Positions 18,720-27,605 are shown, counted from the first letter of the stretch. The stretch is 52,969 nt of DNA from a virus (IMGVR_UViG_3300025098_000066:1-52969), one strand, 5' to 3'. Made by a program: numbers and translations. Notes: generated from the letters alone by a model not told the origin.

Positions 18720-20484
18720 GTGGTATCTCTTCTTGATCCAGCCAATTAGGCCCTACCGTCATTTCTACATCCAGAGGCAATACAGGCTTATAATCAAAGC
18801 GTTGCTCCAATTCTTCACCTACATTTGCCATAGCTTCGACCAAAACTTTTTTTACCTGCGTCAATTCATCTGGGTGGCAATCCACTACAATTGAGTCGTG
18901 TACCGTTAAAATGAGTTTCGACTTCAGGTTGTGTTTCTTAAACAGCCTAAAAGCACGGATACAGGCCAGAGGTACTATGTCCCCTGTGGCAAATCCTTGG
19001 ATCGGATAGTTGACTACTTGAGTAGCATTCGTAACACGACCATTCTTCAGTCTACGGGCATTAGGCCAGTAGTACTGTCTACCACTAGGCGTCTGGACTA
19101 TGCCGTTCTTAACTACCCCATCCATAAGACGTTGCTGGTAAGATTTTAGACCTTTGTAGATCACAAAGAATTCGTCGTAATATTTCTTCTCATGTTCCGC
19201 TAGACCTGACCCTTGCGAACCATATAGGGGAGCAAACGTATGAAATTTTACTTGGGCACGAGTTTCTTTGGTTACTTCTCCGGCAGGTATCCTGTGAATG
19301 ATAGAAGCTGTCTGCTTGTGAATGTCCTTACCATTTAGAATATCCTCAATAATCTGGGGATCTCTAGATACTTCTCCAGCAACACGAAATTCCAAACCTG
19401 AGTAATCAAATTCAACTATTTTGTAGTCAAATCTAGACACCATAGCTTTACGAACAGGGAAGCCTCTTTTCGGCATATTTTGCAGGTTAATATTAGAAGA
19501 ACTAAGACGCCCGGTTGCGGTTATGCACTGGTTAAAGTTCGTGTGTATTAATCCGTTAGGACGGGTCCATGTTTCGATGCCTTTAACGAAGCTAGTTAAG
19601 TAGGTAGACACTGCCGAAAGCCTACTAATCTTCGTAAGGAACTCTACCGCTAGGTCATTGTTCTTACTTCTAGCATGAGAGATCAAAAGCTTTATTGTGC
19701 CTTTGTCAGTTTTAAAACCATTCACGGAAGCATACTGAGGACCAAGAGGACTTATCTTCAGCCCCGCCACCTTGCCAGTAGGATTATAGAAAGCACCGAC
19801 CCCCACACATGAGGGACACTTAGACAAGTTTTTATATGGGTCACCAGGAACTTTGTAGGTGACCTTATTCTTTGTCCGGGTTTTCTGTTTATACTTCTGT
19901 ACCAGACCCCGACCATCACACTCTGGGCAGCAAACAACAGAAGTTTTCTGGATTACTTTAGTGTTTGAACGCACCGCAGTATTAAACTCTGCTATGCTCA
20001 TACGAGGAGGTGGAAGAGGTTTACCTTCAGCGTTTGTGCCGATGCGGAAAGTCTGTATATGGTAGTCCCTGTTAACTACCTCTCTGCTATATATAAGTTT
20101 AGATACATCTGCTCCTGAATTTAAATTGATTGGGGTATCCCCCATAACAATTTCTACGATCTCTTCCAGGCGTTTACTTAGTTCATCATGCTCTTTCTGG
20201 AACTGCTCACCGATAGATGAAAGTTCTTCTAAATCTATCTTTACCCCATTAGTCTCACACTCAACCAGAAACTCAAGCATCTCATTCATTAGGACAACAA
20301 TAGGTTTTAAGGATTTATTTTCCTCTGCCTCGAAAGCATCCATCTGTGATAGGTACACCCCAGCACATGATCTAACATCCGCCTCTGCATATGGAATTAC
20401 AACATCATCCAGAGGCATAGCTTCAAATCCGATGCCTGACTTAAACAGATCATCGACTAGTTCACTTTTCTTTTGCTCAATCAT
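18712..20484 (-). CDS. DNA polymerase family A, large part (Exo III + DnaJ-type zinc finger + polymerase)
   Basis: YAEAD; CPECDGRG/CPSCVGVG; TGRLSS, DYSGLE, R...K...F...YG, NYPIQG, VHDS. Confidence 0.95.
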   Translation of the reverse strand: MIEQKKSELVDDLFKSGIGFEAMPLDDVVIPYAEADVRSCAGVYLSQMDAFEAEENKSLKPIVVLMNEMLEFLVECETNGVKIDLEELSSIGEQFQKEHDELSKRLEEIVEIVMGDTPINLNSGADVSKLIYSREVVNRDYHIQTFRIGTNAEGKPLPPPRMSIAEFNTAVRSNTKVIQKTSVVCCPECDGRGLVQKYKQKTRTKNKVTYKVPGDPYKNLSKCPSCVGVGAFYNPTGKVAGLKISPLGPQYASVNGFKTDKGTIKLLISHARSKNNDLAVEFLTKISRLSAVSTYLTSFVKGIETWTRPNGLIHTNFNQCITATGRLSSSNINLQNMPKRGFPVRKAMVSRFDYKIVEFDYSGLEFRVAGEVSRDPQIIEDILNGKDIHKQTASIIHRIPAGEVTKETRAQVKFHTFAPLYGSQGSGLAEHEKKYYDEFFVIYKGLKSYQQRLMDGVVKNGIVQTPSGRQYYWPNARRLKNGRVTNATQVVNYPIQGFATGDIVPLACIRAFRLFKKHNLKSKLILTVHDSIVVDCHPDELTQVKKVLVEAMANVGEELEQRFDYKPVLPLDVEMTVGPNWLDQEEIPLD

Positions 20485-20873
20485 CCCCAGCCACCTCTGC
20501 GCTGGGCAGTTTCTTTCAAAGAAAGCTTAGTTCTCTGGCCTTTAGACAGGATATATTCGTTGATCATTGTGCAACGTATTGTAGGAGGGATAGGCATACC
20601 CATAGCCTTTAGCCACAAGACATCGAACTTAGCATTATGCGCCACTAGCACGTCAGCTTCTTGCAGAGCTTTACGCAAAGGTTCAGGGCTGTCAGGCACA
20701 TCCTGTTCATTATGATGAAAGACAAGATTAGTTACTTCATCAACGGTGTCCCACCCTATCCATCCAAAGTGCGCTGACACGCATTTGTTCAGCGGGTTGA
20801 AGGGACTGTTGTCTATCTTGCCATCGAACCGTTGGACGGTGGTTTCCAGATCTAATACGAGGGTTTTATTCAT
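20481..20873 (-). CDS. DNA polymerase N-terminal 3'-5' exonuclease fragment (Exo I/II)
   Basis: VLDLET and AHNAKFD; ATGA overlap with the large part. Confidence 0.85.
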   Translation of the reverse strand: MNKTLVLDLETTVQRFDGKIDNSPFNPLNKCVSAHFGWIGWDTVDEVTNLVFHHNEQDVPDSPEPLRKALQEADVLVAHNAKFDVLWLKAMGMPIPPTIRCTMINEYILSKGQRTKLSLKETAQRRGGWG

Positions 20874-21049
20874 ATGTTGAACCCCGATAACTTAGATACA
20901 ATCTTTGATTGAACGGAGATCAAACGCTGGATTAAAGAAAACTGTTCGTCCAATAGAATTTTAATCTCAGGGGCTTTTGTTTTCTGATACTCTGCTTTGT
21001 TCTTCTCAAGCATTTCATAGAATTCTTTTAGGTCTGTTTCATTAAGCAT
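20870..21049 (-). CDS. Hypothetical protein
   Basis: Likely start MLNETDLKEF, coupled to neighbours. Confidence 0.6.
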   Translation of the reverse strand: MLNETDLKEFYEMLEKNKAEYQKTKAPEIKILLDEQFSLIQRLISVQSKIVSKLSGFNI

Positions 21050-21353
21050 CCGCTGACCCCCGCAATCTGTGAAGTAGGTCCATAGTGTTACCGTAGGGAT
21101 ACCACCAACCATTTCCCCCTATAACCGACCATTTTTTAACTACTAAGCTGACAAGGTATTTTTCATCTATCCGTATTTTTCCTCCCCAATAATCCACTCC
21201 TTCCCCGCCAAGCTCCATAAACTTATGCAGGGTTTTTAGTTTGTGTAGATTTTTACTAGCTGTCTGATTGTAACTAGTGTCACTTAATTTAAGCCTGTGT
21301 GCTTCATGTATGGCGTCTTTTACATCTTGAAGAGTGCAGCCAGGATTTATCAT
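21042..21353 (-). CDS. Hypothetical protein
   Basis: Coupled ORF in operon. Confidence 0.65.
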   Translation of the reverse strand: MINPGCTLQDVKDAIHEAHRLKLSDTSYNQTASKNLHKLKTLHKFMELGGEGVDYWGGKIRIDEKYLVSLVVKKWSVIGGNGWWYPYGNTMDLLHRLRGSADA

Positions 21354-21877
21354 AATGTTCTCCCGTAAAATTTAGTGCGGTAGCTTTCGTCATGGCGGTC
21401 AAATAAATACCAACATGCGTTGTCTTTTCCTGTGGTGTTATCGAACCACTTTACCCGACCAATACTCACTATTTTGCGTAACCTAGGCAGGAACGGTATG
21501 GATTGCTTTGTGTGAATCCAATCCGCATCGAATAGCAGCCAGGTAGGTCTAAGGTTGGAAAAGGTTTCTATCATGGGGTGTAGAATAGATCTTTCCCAGG
21601 GCGGGTTGGTCACTATAACATCCGCATTCTTTAGGTGATGCTCCTCAATATTAAGGGCATCCAGAGTAATTATCCCAAGCCTCTGAGGCTCCAGATCATA
21701 GGCACTTACGCAGTTCATATCCATAGCCAGTAGGCAACGGATCAATGCCCCATCCCCCGCACAGGGTTCACAAAACGTCTGGATATCCTGCATGAATGGT
21801 CTGATAGGTTCAGCCGCTTCTATAGGCGTCCTATAGTAATCACGGGGCTTACGTTCAAAGTTAGATCGTTTCCCCAT
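21350..21877 (-). CDS. DNA amino-methyltransferase (N6-adenine type likely)
   Basis: DYYRTP, EPCAGDG (motif I), TNPPW (motif IV); start coupled to helicase stop. Confidence 0.85.
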   Translation of the reverse strand: MGKRSNFERKPRDYYRTPIEAAEPIRPFMQDIQTFCEPCAGDGALIRCLLAMDMNCVSAYDLEPQRLGIITLDALNIEEHHLKNADVIVTNPPWERSILHPMIETFSNLRPTWLLFDADWIHTKQSIPFLPRLRKIVSIGRVKWFDNTTGKDNACWYLFDRHDESYRTKFYGRTL

Positions 21878-23094
21878 CAGTCTACATACCTTGTTATTTC
21901 GGCCTGTAGATTGCAGATGATTTGACCATGCCAACCTGATAATTTGTTCTTGGAGATTTGTAGGAACCTAGTGGGATCAGGGCCATCATCATCCTCCCCA
22001 GAGGATTTACCCACACCACAAATAAGATCTGCTTCCGCTGCCTTACCAGTGCGGCTGTTCTCCATCATAGAGAAGTCTAGGCGTACACGTCCCTCTGCTT
22101 CCGCACTTGCCTGGGATACAGCGATGATACCGCATTCATGCCGTTTAGCTAATTCTCTAGCTTGTCGGTATATTTCACGAAGCTTTTCATGTGTACCACC
22201 AAACTGACCCGATATGTTGACTTTATCAAGTTGATCCACCACCAGGATATCAGGCTTGATACGGGCGACATACCCATCCAACATAGTCATATCCCATTCC
22301 TGGGCGTCTTTCATAATTAAACGATCACGAATTGCGAGGTAACGGCTTGAAGCTAAATCAGGGTTAGCTTGTATATCTGTTGTGGTCATTCCTGTGAATG
22401 ATTGTATCGCCCGTAGCTTCGTGCGCCGGGTTGCTTCCTCGTTACCAATGTATAGTACCTTCGCACCTTGCTGACAGAAACCATCTGGAGCAGAACATAG
22501 GCTAACAGCTAGGGCGCTCTTACCTGTTTCAGGTCTGGCGAAGATAATCATAAACTCACTAGGGCCTAGTCCGTATACATTCCTAGAAAGCTGATTGATG
22601 TTAAATTTCCATCGTGACTCATCACTTGCTTGTGCGAGTAATTCATGCAGATCATCTGTTGTCGGCTCACCAAAATCGTCTGGAAGGTAGTCTTCTGAGG
22701 TGCGCTCAATCAGGCTCTTCAGTTTAGCCATTGCATCCACATGGCCTTCAGCCATTTGAATACCTAAGTTGGTTACATCCCGGCCTGTCTCTTTGCGCCA
22801 GAGATCCCCAATAACATCCCGTGCTATCTCTTGTGTCAGGGGTGTTTGCTGCCGCACTTCCGCTAACGTATCAGCAAAGTCTTCTTTCTCAGAAACTGTA
22901 GCTACGGGGTTGTTGGTGGCCCAGATTGCTAGGATGTCGTTAGTATTAACATCCTGATCATATTTATCCTGTGCCTGGGCAATGGTTTTATAAACCTCTG
23001 CATTGTTACCTGTGAATAGTGACTGCCTCATTTTTGTTTTATTTGCTTGATAGAATTCTGAAGACAGTAGCGTCTTCAACAATGCTTTATCCAT
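21877..23094 (-). CDS. DnaB-like (SF4) replicative helicase
   Basis: ARPETGKS Walker A, VVDQLD, VSQ, KNKLSG. Confidence 0.92.
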   Translation of the reverse strand: MDKALLKTLLSSEFYQANKTKMRQSLFTGNNAEVYKTIAQAQDKYDQDVNTNDILAIWATNNPVATVSEKEDFADTLAEVRQQTPLTQEIARDVIGDLWRKETGRDVTNLGIQMAEGHVDAMAKLKSLIERTSEDYLPDDFGEPTTDDLHELLAQASDESRWKFNINQLSRNVYGLGPSEFMIIFARPETGKSALAVSLCSAPDGFCQQGAKVLYIGNEEATRRTKLRAIQSFTGMTTTDIQANPDLASSRYLAIRDRLIMKDAQEWDMTMLDGYVARIKPDILVVDQLDKVNISGQFGGTHEKLREIYRQARELAKRHECGIIAVSQASAEAEGRVRLDFSMMENSRTGKAAEADLICGVGKSSGEDDDGPDPTRFLQISKNKLSGWHGQIICNLQAEITRYVD

Positions 23095-23137
23095 GTTTGG
23101 CCCTTTCTAGCTAGCTGTAGCGTGATGCCACAATCAC

Positions 23138-23167
23138 TGTATAGAGGACCATAGTAATGGTAATCAA
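23138..23167 (-). promoter_or_regulatory. Helicase promoter with ACCATA-N2-(A/T)ATGGT palindrome in the spacer
   Basis: TTGATT-18bp-TATACA; ACCATAGTAATGGT at 23148-23161. Confidence 0.55.
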
Positions 23168-23170
23168 GAT

Positions 23171-23202
23171 AAAAAAAGACCCCAGGTAAAACCCAGGGCC
23201 TT
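23171..23202 (-). terminator. Intrinsic terminator
   Basis: GGCCCTGGG/CCTGGGGTC stem followed by T7. Confidence 0.8.
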
Positions 23203-23233
23203 AATGTAGATTAAACTGTTTTGTTACAGTTAT

Positions 23234-23440
23234 TTATGTCTGACGAAATTTCATCTTCTTTAAGTCAGGTTGGGTATCCCCTCTGCGCTCACGCATATCC
23301 ACTGTGCTATACACAATGTTTGAATTACCTTTAGTTATTTCGTCTACCTTGCTCTGGAGTGCTTTCTGTTGATCAGCAGCTTCAATTAATCCTGCATCTG
23401 GCAGATCGTAGTCCAGTAGGACCAACGCTCGTAATTTCAT
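23234..23440 (-). CDS. Hypothetical protein
   Basis: AAGG SD; basic C-terminus DMRERRG. Confidence 0.7.
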   Translation of the reverse strand: MKLRALVLLDYDLPDAGLIEAADQQKALQSKVDEITKGNSNIVYSTVDMRERRGDTQPDLKKMKFRQT

Positions 23441-23684
23441 AGTACACCTTTAAAATGATAGATTATCCATAGTGCAGTTGTTACCTGCACAGCCCCCATA
23501 AACTTAAAGAGCAGGGGGGCCAAGGTGTGGATGAAGTGAATATGTACAAATAGCGGTAAAAGTACTAGGCCCGTATCTATCGCACTTAGCAGACATCTTT
23601 GAGGCAGTCCTACATGACTTACCTGCGGTGGACGATATCAAATAAGACCACTTATATTTAGATTTAAGTGTAGTATTCTTAGTG

Positions 23685-24467
23685 TCAATAATAATCATTT
23701 AGCAGTCTCTCTGTATCTTGTAAGTTTAGAACCTTTAGATCTAACTTAGTTATCCTCATTGTTGTGGACTTAGATAAAGCCCGACACATAAACACTGCCT
23801 TTTGTTTAGCGTCATTGTCAAGGACAATAATTATTTTATTGTAACTATTAAGTGATTTTTCGAGGTCTTTAGTTAGGTTCGTACCTAATAGTGCGACACC
23901 TACTGTATTATTACATCTGGATACAGCACAGGCAGAAGCTGCATCTTCAACTAGTACCGCTGTAGATCCCTTACCAACGTGAACTCCAGCCTGTGTATTT
24001 CCATATGACCACCACTTAGGGCCTCTACTAGAGAGGCTTCTACCAACAGCACCTTCACTAGTATGTGTATAGAAAAGGACTCTGTCCTCATTAGGGCAAT
24101 ACTTCAAAGTAACTGACCCATCTTGGTAAGCTTCATAACTATTAACTGATTTAATATATTCCACTGCGGCGGGGTGATTATCTATCGACGTAACCATTGT
24201 GGGTAGAGGGGTAGTCTTTTTCTCAAACTTTGTTTTATTCTTTCCTGCCATATACGCTTTAGCTTCTTCAATAGTCCTGGGACCAGAGTATACACCTTTA
24301 GCTGTACAGCTTGCTTTATAGCAGTTCCAAAGAGTTTTACCGTCCATCTTGGATATACTGAATTTCTTACGTCCACCACAGAACGGGCAATCTATAGACT
24401 TATGCTCACCATCCGTAAGATTTATAGATTGTAATATGTCCCACTGGTCACGATAACTAAAGTTCAT
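23685..24467 (-). CDS. DNA primase (Zn-binding + TOPRIM)
   Basis: CPFC...CYKASC; VLVED; LDND. Confidence 0.88.
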   Translation of the reverse strand: MNFSYRDQWDILQSINLTDGEHKSIDCPFCGGRKKFSISKMDGKTLWNCYKASCTAKGVYSGPRTIEEAKAYMAGKNKTKFEKKTTPLPTMVTSIDNHPAAVEYIKSVNSYEAYQDGSVTLKYCPNEDRVLFYTHTSEGAVGRSLSSRGPKWWSYGNTQAGVHVGKGSTAVLVEDAASACAVSRCNNTVGVALLGTNLTKDLEKSLNSYNKIIIVLDNDAKQKAVFMCRALSKSTTMRITKLDLKVLNLQDTERLLNDYY

Positions 24468-24511
24468 TGTATACCCTCCCTAGGTATTCCACCCCTGGAC
24501 GGGGTGTCCGT

Positions 24512-24539
24512 AGGATACAGTCAATGGTCAACTAGTCAA
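24512..24539 (-). promoter_or_regulatory. Primase promoter
   Basis: TTGACT-16bp-TATCCT. Confidence 0.45.
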
Positions 24540-24580
24540 CAGTTAATTGTGGTATTTAGTAAGGTGATAGGTTTTTAGCC

Positions 24581-24710
24581 TAACTAATTGATATCTCTGT
24601 ATCTTATTGATATTTAATAAGTTTCGCAGACCCTGAAGGTCGTAGGTTCAAATCCTACTCCCGCAACCAAAATCCAATGATATCAGTAACTTAACTAGTA
24701 TCATTGGATT
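24581..24710. promoter_or_regulatory. attP accessory sites: two IHF consensus sites and an inverted repeat
   Basis: WATCARNNNNTTR at 24593-24581 (-) and 24681-24693 (+); IR AATCCAATGATA/TATCATTGGATT 24671-24710. Confidence 0.6.
24632..24669 (+). other. attP core: 3' half of tRNA-Met (initiator type)
   Basis: CCTGAAGGTCGTAGGTTCAAATCCTACTCCCGCAACCA = T-arm, acceptor strand and CCA; no 5' half. Confidence 0.85.
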
Positions 24711-24739
24711 GGATTGGTTAAAATTGGTCGGGTCACCCC

Positions 24740-25471
24740 TTACCTGTATTGATTCTGTATAGACTTATAGGTTGCTCTTTGTCTTTCTTCATCAGTCATT
24801 GGTCTGATCTGCGGTTTGTTATCACCCATAATAATGGGGAACGCTGGGGTCATAACCTTTTTAATTTCACGGGCTAATAGGACATGCTCCCATTGCGTGA
24901 CCCCTTCATCGTCCCGTACATCCAGGTAATGGAGCCAGGACCGTAGTGTGCCGTTCACATAGAGCGTGGACATCGTAAGCCCCTCTGGAAGCAGCGCACG
25001 GGCTGTTTCTTTGGCTACGTTCATAGACCTCATTTCTTCATAGGCTTCTTTCGCCGCTGTTTTAACATCAAGAGTAAGGAAACCGTTTCGGGTTTTAACT
25101 TCGTCGGTCAGGTCATCTACACTGTTCTGACGGTTCTTTGTATCTTGCCTACGATACTCACGATTTGTGAATTCTATTTCATCTGAGTATCGCTGGCTGA
25201 ATTCCTGAAAGCTGAAGCTGCGGTGACGCAATAACTGACGGGTTATATCCCTAGGAGCCTTGACCTCTACAACAGCGTTAGCCATCTCAAACACGGACCA
25301 ATGCTTATTCTTCATGCAGTATTTAAGAAGCGCCTCGGCTGTCTTATGGTTGGCCTGGTTAGATGGGTTGGAAACCCTGGCAGCATAAGAGATCAGTTCT
25401 TCGGGCGAACTGGCATCCATATTTATGGTAGGTTGAGTTAGTCCAACAAGTTTAGCTAATATTTTTACCAA
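24740..25471 (-). CDS. thyX: Flavin-dependent thymidylate synthase
   Basis: HWSVFE, RQLLRHRSFSFQEFSQRY, ETARALLP; TTG start. Confidence 0.95.
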   Translation of the reverse strand: MVKILAKLVGLTQPTINMDASSPEELISYAARVSNPSNQANHKTAEALLKYCMKNKHWSVFEMANAVVEVKAPRDITRQLLRHRSFSFQEFSQRYSDEIEFTNREYRRQDTKNRQNSVDDLTDEVKTRNGFLTLDVKTAAKEAYEEMRSMNVAKETARALLPEGLTMSTLYVNGTLRSWLHYLDVRDDEGVTQWEHVLLAREIKKVMTPAFPIIMGDNKPQIRPMTDEERQRATYKSIQNQYR

Positions 25472-25620
25472 GGCGGTTCTCCATTATCGTCTAGTTCTAC
25501 TTTGTTAAATTCAAATACATTTGGGTGGGGAAGGTCTTCATGTTCGTCTAATGGGTTGTTAGTAAGCACCCCAATAGATTCCAAGTGACGCTCCAGTTCT
25601 GGAGGTATCCTAACGTCCAT
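25465..25620 (-). CDS. Hypothetical 51-aa acidic protein (not in ORF track)
   Basis: MDVRIPPELERHLESIG...; GGAG SD; overlaps neighbours. Confidence 0.6.
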   Translation of the reverse strand: MDVRIPPELERHLESIGVLTNNPLDEHEDLPHPNVFEFNKVELDDNGEPPW

Positions 25621-25771
25621 CTGTTTTTCTTAGCTCCCAGCGGATGGCAGTAACTAAATCGATAAACCGTTCAGTGAGCGGGTAAATATGATATGTAGGA
25701 ATATCCGCTGACTTAAATACCTTCCTCAGTTCATCTTCAAAGGCTGCTCTTGCCTCATTTACATTTCTCAT
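25610..25771 (-). CDS. Hypothetical 53-aa protein (not in ORF track)
   Basis: ATGA-coupled to integrase stop; MRNVNEARAAFEDELRKVF... Confidence 0.6.
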   Translation of the reverse strand: MRNVNEARAAFEDELRKVFKSADIPTYHIYPLTERFIDLVTAIRWELRKTDGR

Positions 25772-26874
25772 CTTCCGTGCCTTTTTCTTGCTGCGGTTGC
25801 TGCCATGCGGCGGGTTTTCTTGACGTAGACACTCACCACTTCCCGTGAAGTATGGCCTGTAAGCGCCATGATTTCGTCTTCTGTAAGACCAGCTTCTCCA
25901 GCCTCTGTAGCGCCAGTACGGCGTAAGTCTGAGATCTTGAGTTCTTCGGGTAGCCCAGCGGCTTTGCGCACCTCTGCTACCGTCTTATAAGCCCACCGAG
26001 TGTAAGGCCGACCTGTACGCTCATTAAGAATAATGAAGTCATTTTTGCCGCCACGGGTTAGGCTGTCGAGCCGTTCCTTCAGTTGCTCATTCACAACAGG
26101 GACAGACACTAGGTTGCCTTGCGGTTTACGAACCGTGCGGCTCTTCTCCTGCACAAAGTCGAAGAAGCCATCATCTTGGAGATCATAATTGCCCCAACGG
26201 ATCTGTCGCATGTCTCCAATACGCTGGCATAGATCGTAGCACATCAAGGCTAACGTACCTATCGACCACAGATCCATTTCGTCAGCTTTAGCTACAAATA
26301 TATCTATGTGTTCCTTCTCCCAGCGAACATCCCGTGAGGGTAGAGTGGCTAGACCCATCTTAGAAAAGGGGTTGGAACGTGTAAGACCTAAACGGAAACC
26401 TACGAACCACACACGGCGTAAAACTTTACACACATGGTTTGCACGATGCTCACTCACATCGTTACACAGTTGTTTGTGTAAGCTTTCCACTACTTTTACG
26501 GTGATATTGTGGTGCAGGGTCTGACCAAAGACGATATTTGAGCGTCCTATGCGAGTATTGATCACAGAATCTATAAGTTGCTGGTATGTATTCTTACTAT
26601 TGACCGAAAGACGGTCCCAATTGGATGTATTTTTATACGCAGCTATTAATCCATTAACAGAGTTCTCACTGATGTGCTTTTGCCTATCAATCCCTCGTTT
26701 GTAATCTAGAAATGCCTTCTCCCATTCCATGCAGCGGTCAACGGCGTCTTTTTTCTCTTGGTAGCTTTCATATTTGACCAGGAGTGCTTCTCGCACCGCC
26801 TTAGATGGGTTTGCACCCCAAGATATTTGACCTGTGGACAGCACATGCCGTTCTAAGTATTTAATCGATCCCAT
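25768..26874 (-). CDS. int: Tyrosine integrase
   Basis: QRIGD, KS, SDLRRT, LTGH...VY catalytic residues; start reassigned to ATG 26874 with GGGAGG SD. Confidence 0.92.
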   Translation of the reverse strand: MGSIKYLERHVLSTGQISWGANPSKAVREALLVKYESYQEKKDAVDRCMEWEKAFLDYKRGIDRQKHISENSVNGLIAAYKNTSNWDRLSVNSKNTYQQLIDSVINTRIGRSNIVFGQTLHHNITVKVVESLHKQLCNDVSEHRANHVCKVLRRVWFVGFRLGLTRSNPFSKMGLATLPSRDVRWEKEHIDIFVAKADEMDLWSIGTLALMCYDLCQRIGDMRQIRWGNYDLQDDGFFDFVQEKSRTVRKPQGNLVSVPVVNEQLKERLDSLTRGGKNDFIILNERTGRPYTRWAYKTVAEVRKAAGLPEELKISDLRRTGATEAGEAGLTEDEIMALTGHTSREVVSVYVKKTRRMAATAARKRHGR

Positions 26875-26907
26875 TCTACAACCTCCCGTGGTTATGCGGA
26901 TAGGATG

Positions 26908-26937
26908 ACCATAGTTGTGGTATCGAGTCGGAGTCAA
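26908..26937 (-). promoter_or_regulatory. Integrase promoter/operator
   Basis: TTGACT-18bp-TATGGT; overlaps ACCATAGTTGTGGT and two GAGTC sites. Confidence 0.5.
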
Positions 26938-26952
26938 TAAGAAAATAATTAC

Positions 26953-26982
26953 TTGCACTTTGTTAAGTGATTGTGCTAATCT
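26953..26982 (+). promoter_or_regulatory. Promoter of sRNA-2
   Basis: TTGCAC-18bp-TAATCT with extended TG. Confidence 0.65.
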
Positions 26983-26988
26983 TAGCTC

Positions 26989-27061
26989 GTGAACATCCTC
27001 CCTGTTCACACTGTTCACTGTGTAAGAACAGCCCCCCGGTTTTATAGTCGGGGGGTTTTTT
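26989..27061 (+). ncRNA. Candidate anti-SD sRNA (sRNA-2; cuckoo/CcsR-like loop)
   Basis: GTGAACA-TCCTCCC-TGTTCAC hairpin, CTGTTC/GAACAG hairpin, CCCCCCG/CGGGGGG-T6 terminator. Confidence 0.7.
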
Positions 27062-27089
27062 GTTGCGAATCAAGTATCAGTATAAATGT

Positions 27090-27111
27090 AAAAAGCCCCA
27101 CAAAGGGGGCT
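27090..27111 (-). terminator. Intrinsic terminator
   Basis: AGCCCC/GGGGCT stem followed by T5 on the minus strand. Confidence 0.7.
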
Positions 27112-27135
27112 AATTTACTCGCACGTCAGATGTAT

Positions 27136-27429
27136 TTAAAGGGCTGTTACATGAGCTACTATCTTGTAACCGTAACTGTTGGCATCAGGGTCAACAGCCA
27201 TGCATACAGCCTTCCCAGCTTCATCTAAGTAAATAACATAGTGGTCCTTATCGTCTTCAATGGATCGTTCAGATGCATCCACCAACGCCTCTCCAATCTC
27301 TTTAGCCTGTCCTGGTCCTAGTATCATACTAATAGTCTCCTGCTCTAATGGAATTAGGTTTAATTTAAAAAATACTCGCACGTCAATCATTATTAAAGGG
27401 CTACTTAGGTGATATGATAGCGATAGCAT
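27136..27429 (-). CDS. Hypothetical protein (start uncertain)
   Basis: ORF followed by a terminator. Confidence 0.6.
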   Translation of the reverse strand: MLSLSYHLSSPLIMIDVRVFFKLNLIPLEQETISMILGPGQAKEIGEALVDASERSIEDDKDHYVIYLDEAGKAVCMAVDPDANSYGYKIVAHVTAL

Positions 27430-27605
27430 TTTTCTGCTTATTAGATGGTCAGTTATGACAAAATTCTGACAATTTTTCTTAGCATTTTTTAAAATTATAA
27501 ATTTGGTTTTTATAATTGCGAATCAATTTACCTTTGTTATGGTCATTAAGAGTCGGGATTTAACCACCCGATTTTTTTACTAGCTAAACAAAAGGACCAA
27601 AGAAA

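Noticed and set aside
19740-19940. DnaJ zinc finger in the polymerase as a novelty
   Set aside because: Known hallmark of HMO-2011-type phages; used for classification only
20470-20500. Intron or intein at the polymerase split
   Set aside because: No intervening sequence; the two ORFs overlap by 4 nt
24600-24670. Complete tRNA-Met gene
   Set aside because: No 5' acceptor strand, D-arm or CAT anticodon upstream; only the 3' half is present, so it is called attP
26875-27018. 416-aa integrase start from the ORF track
   Set aside because: The extension overlaps two promoters and sRNA-2; ATG 26874 has a strong GGGAGG SD
26989-27228. 79-aa + strand ORF
   Set aside because: No SD, and it runs through a strong terminator; better explained as an sRNA
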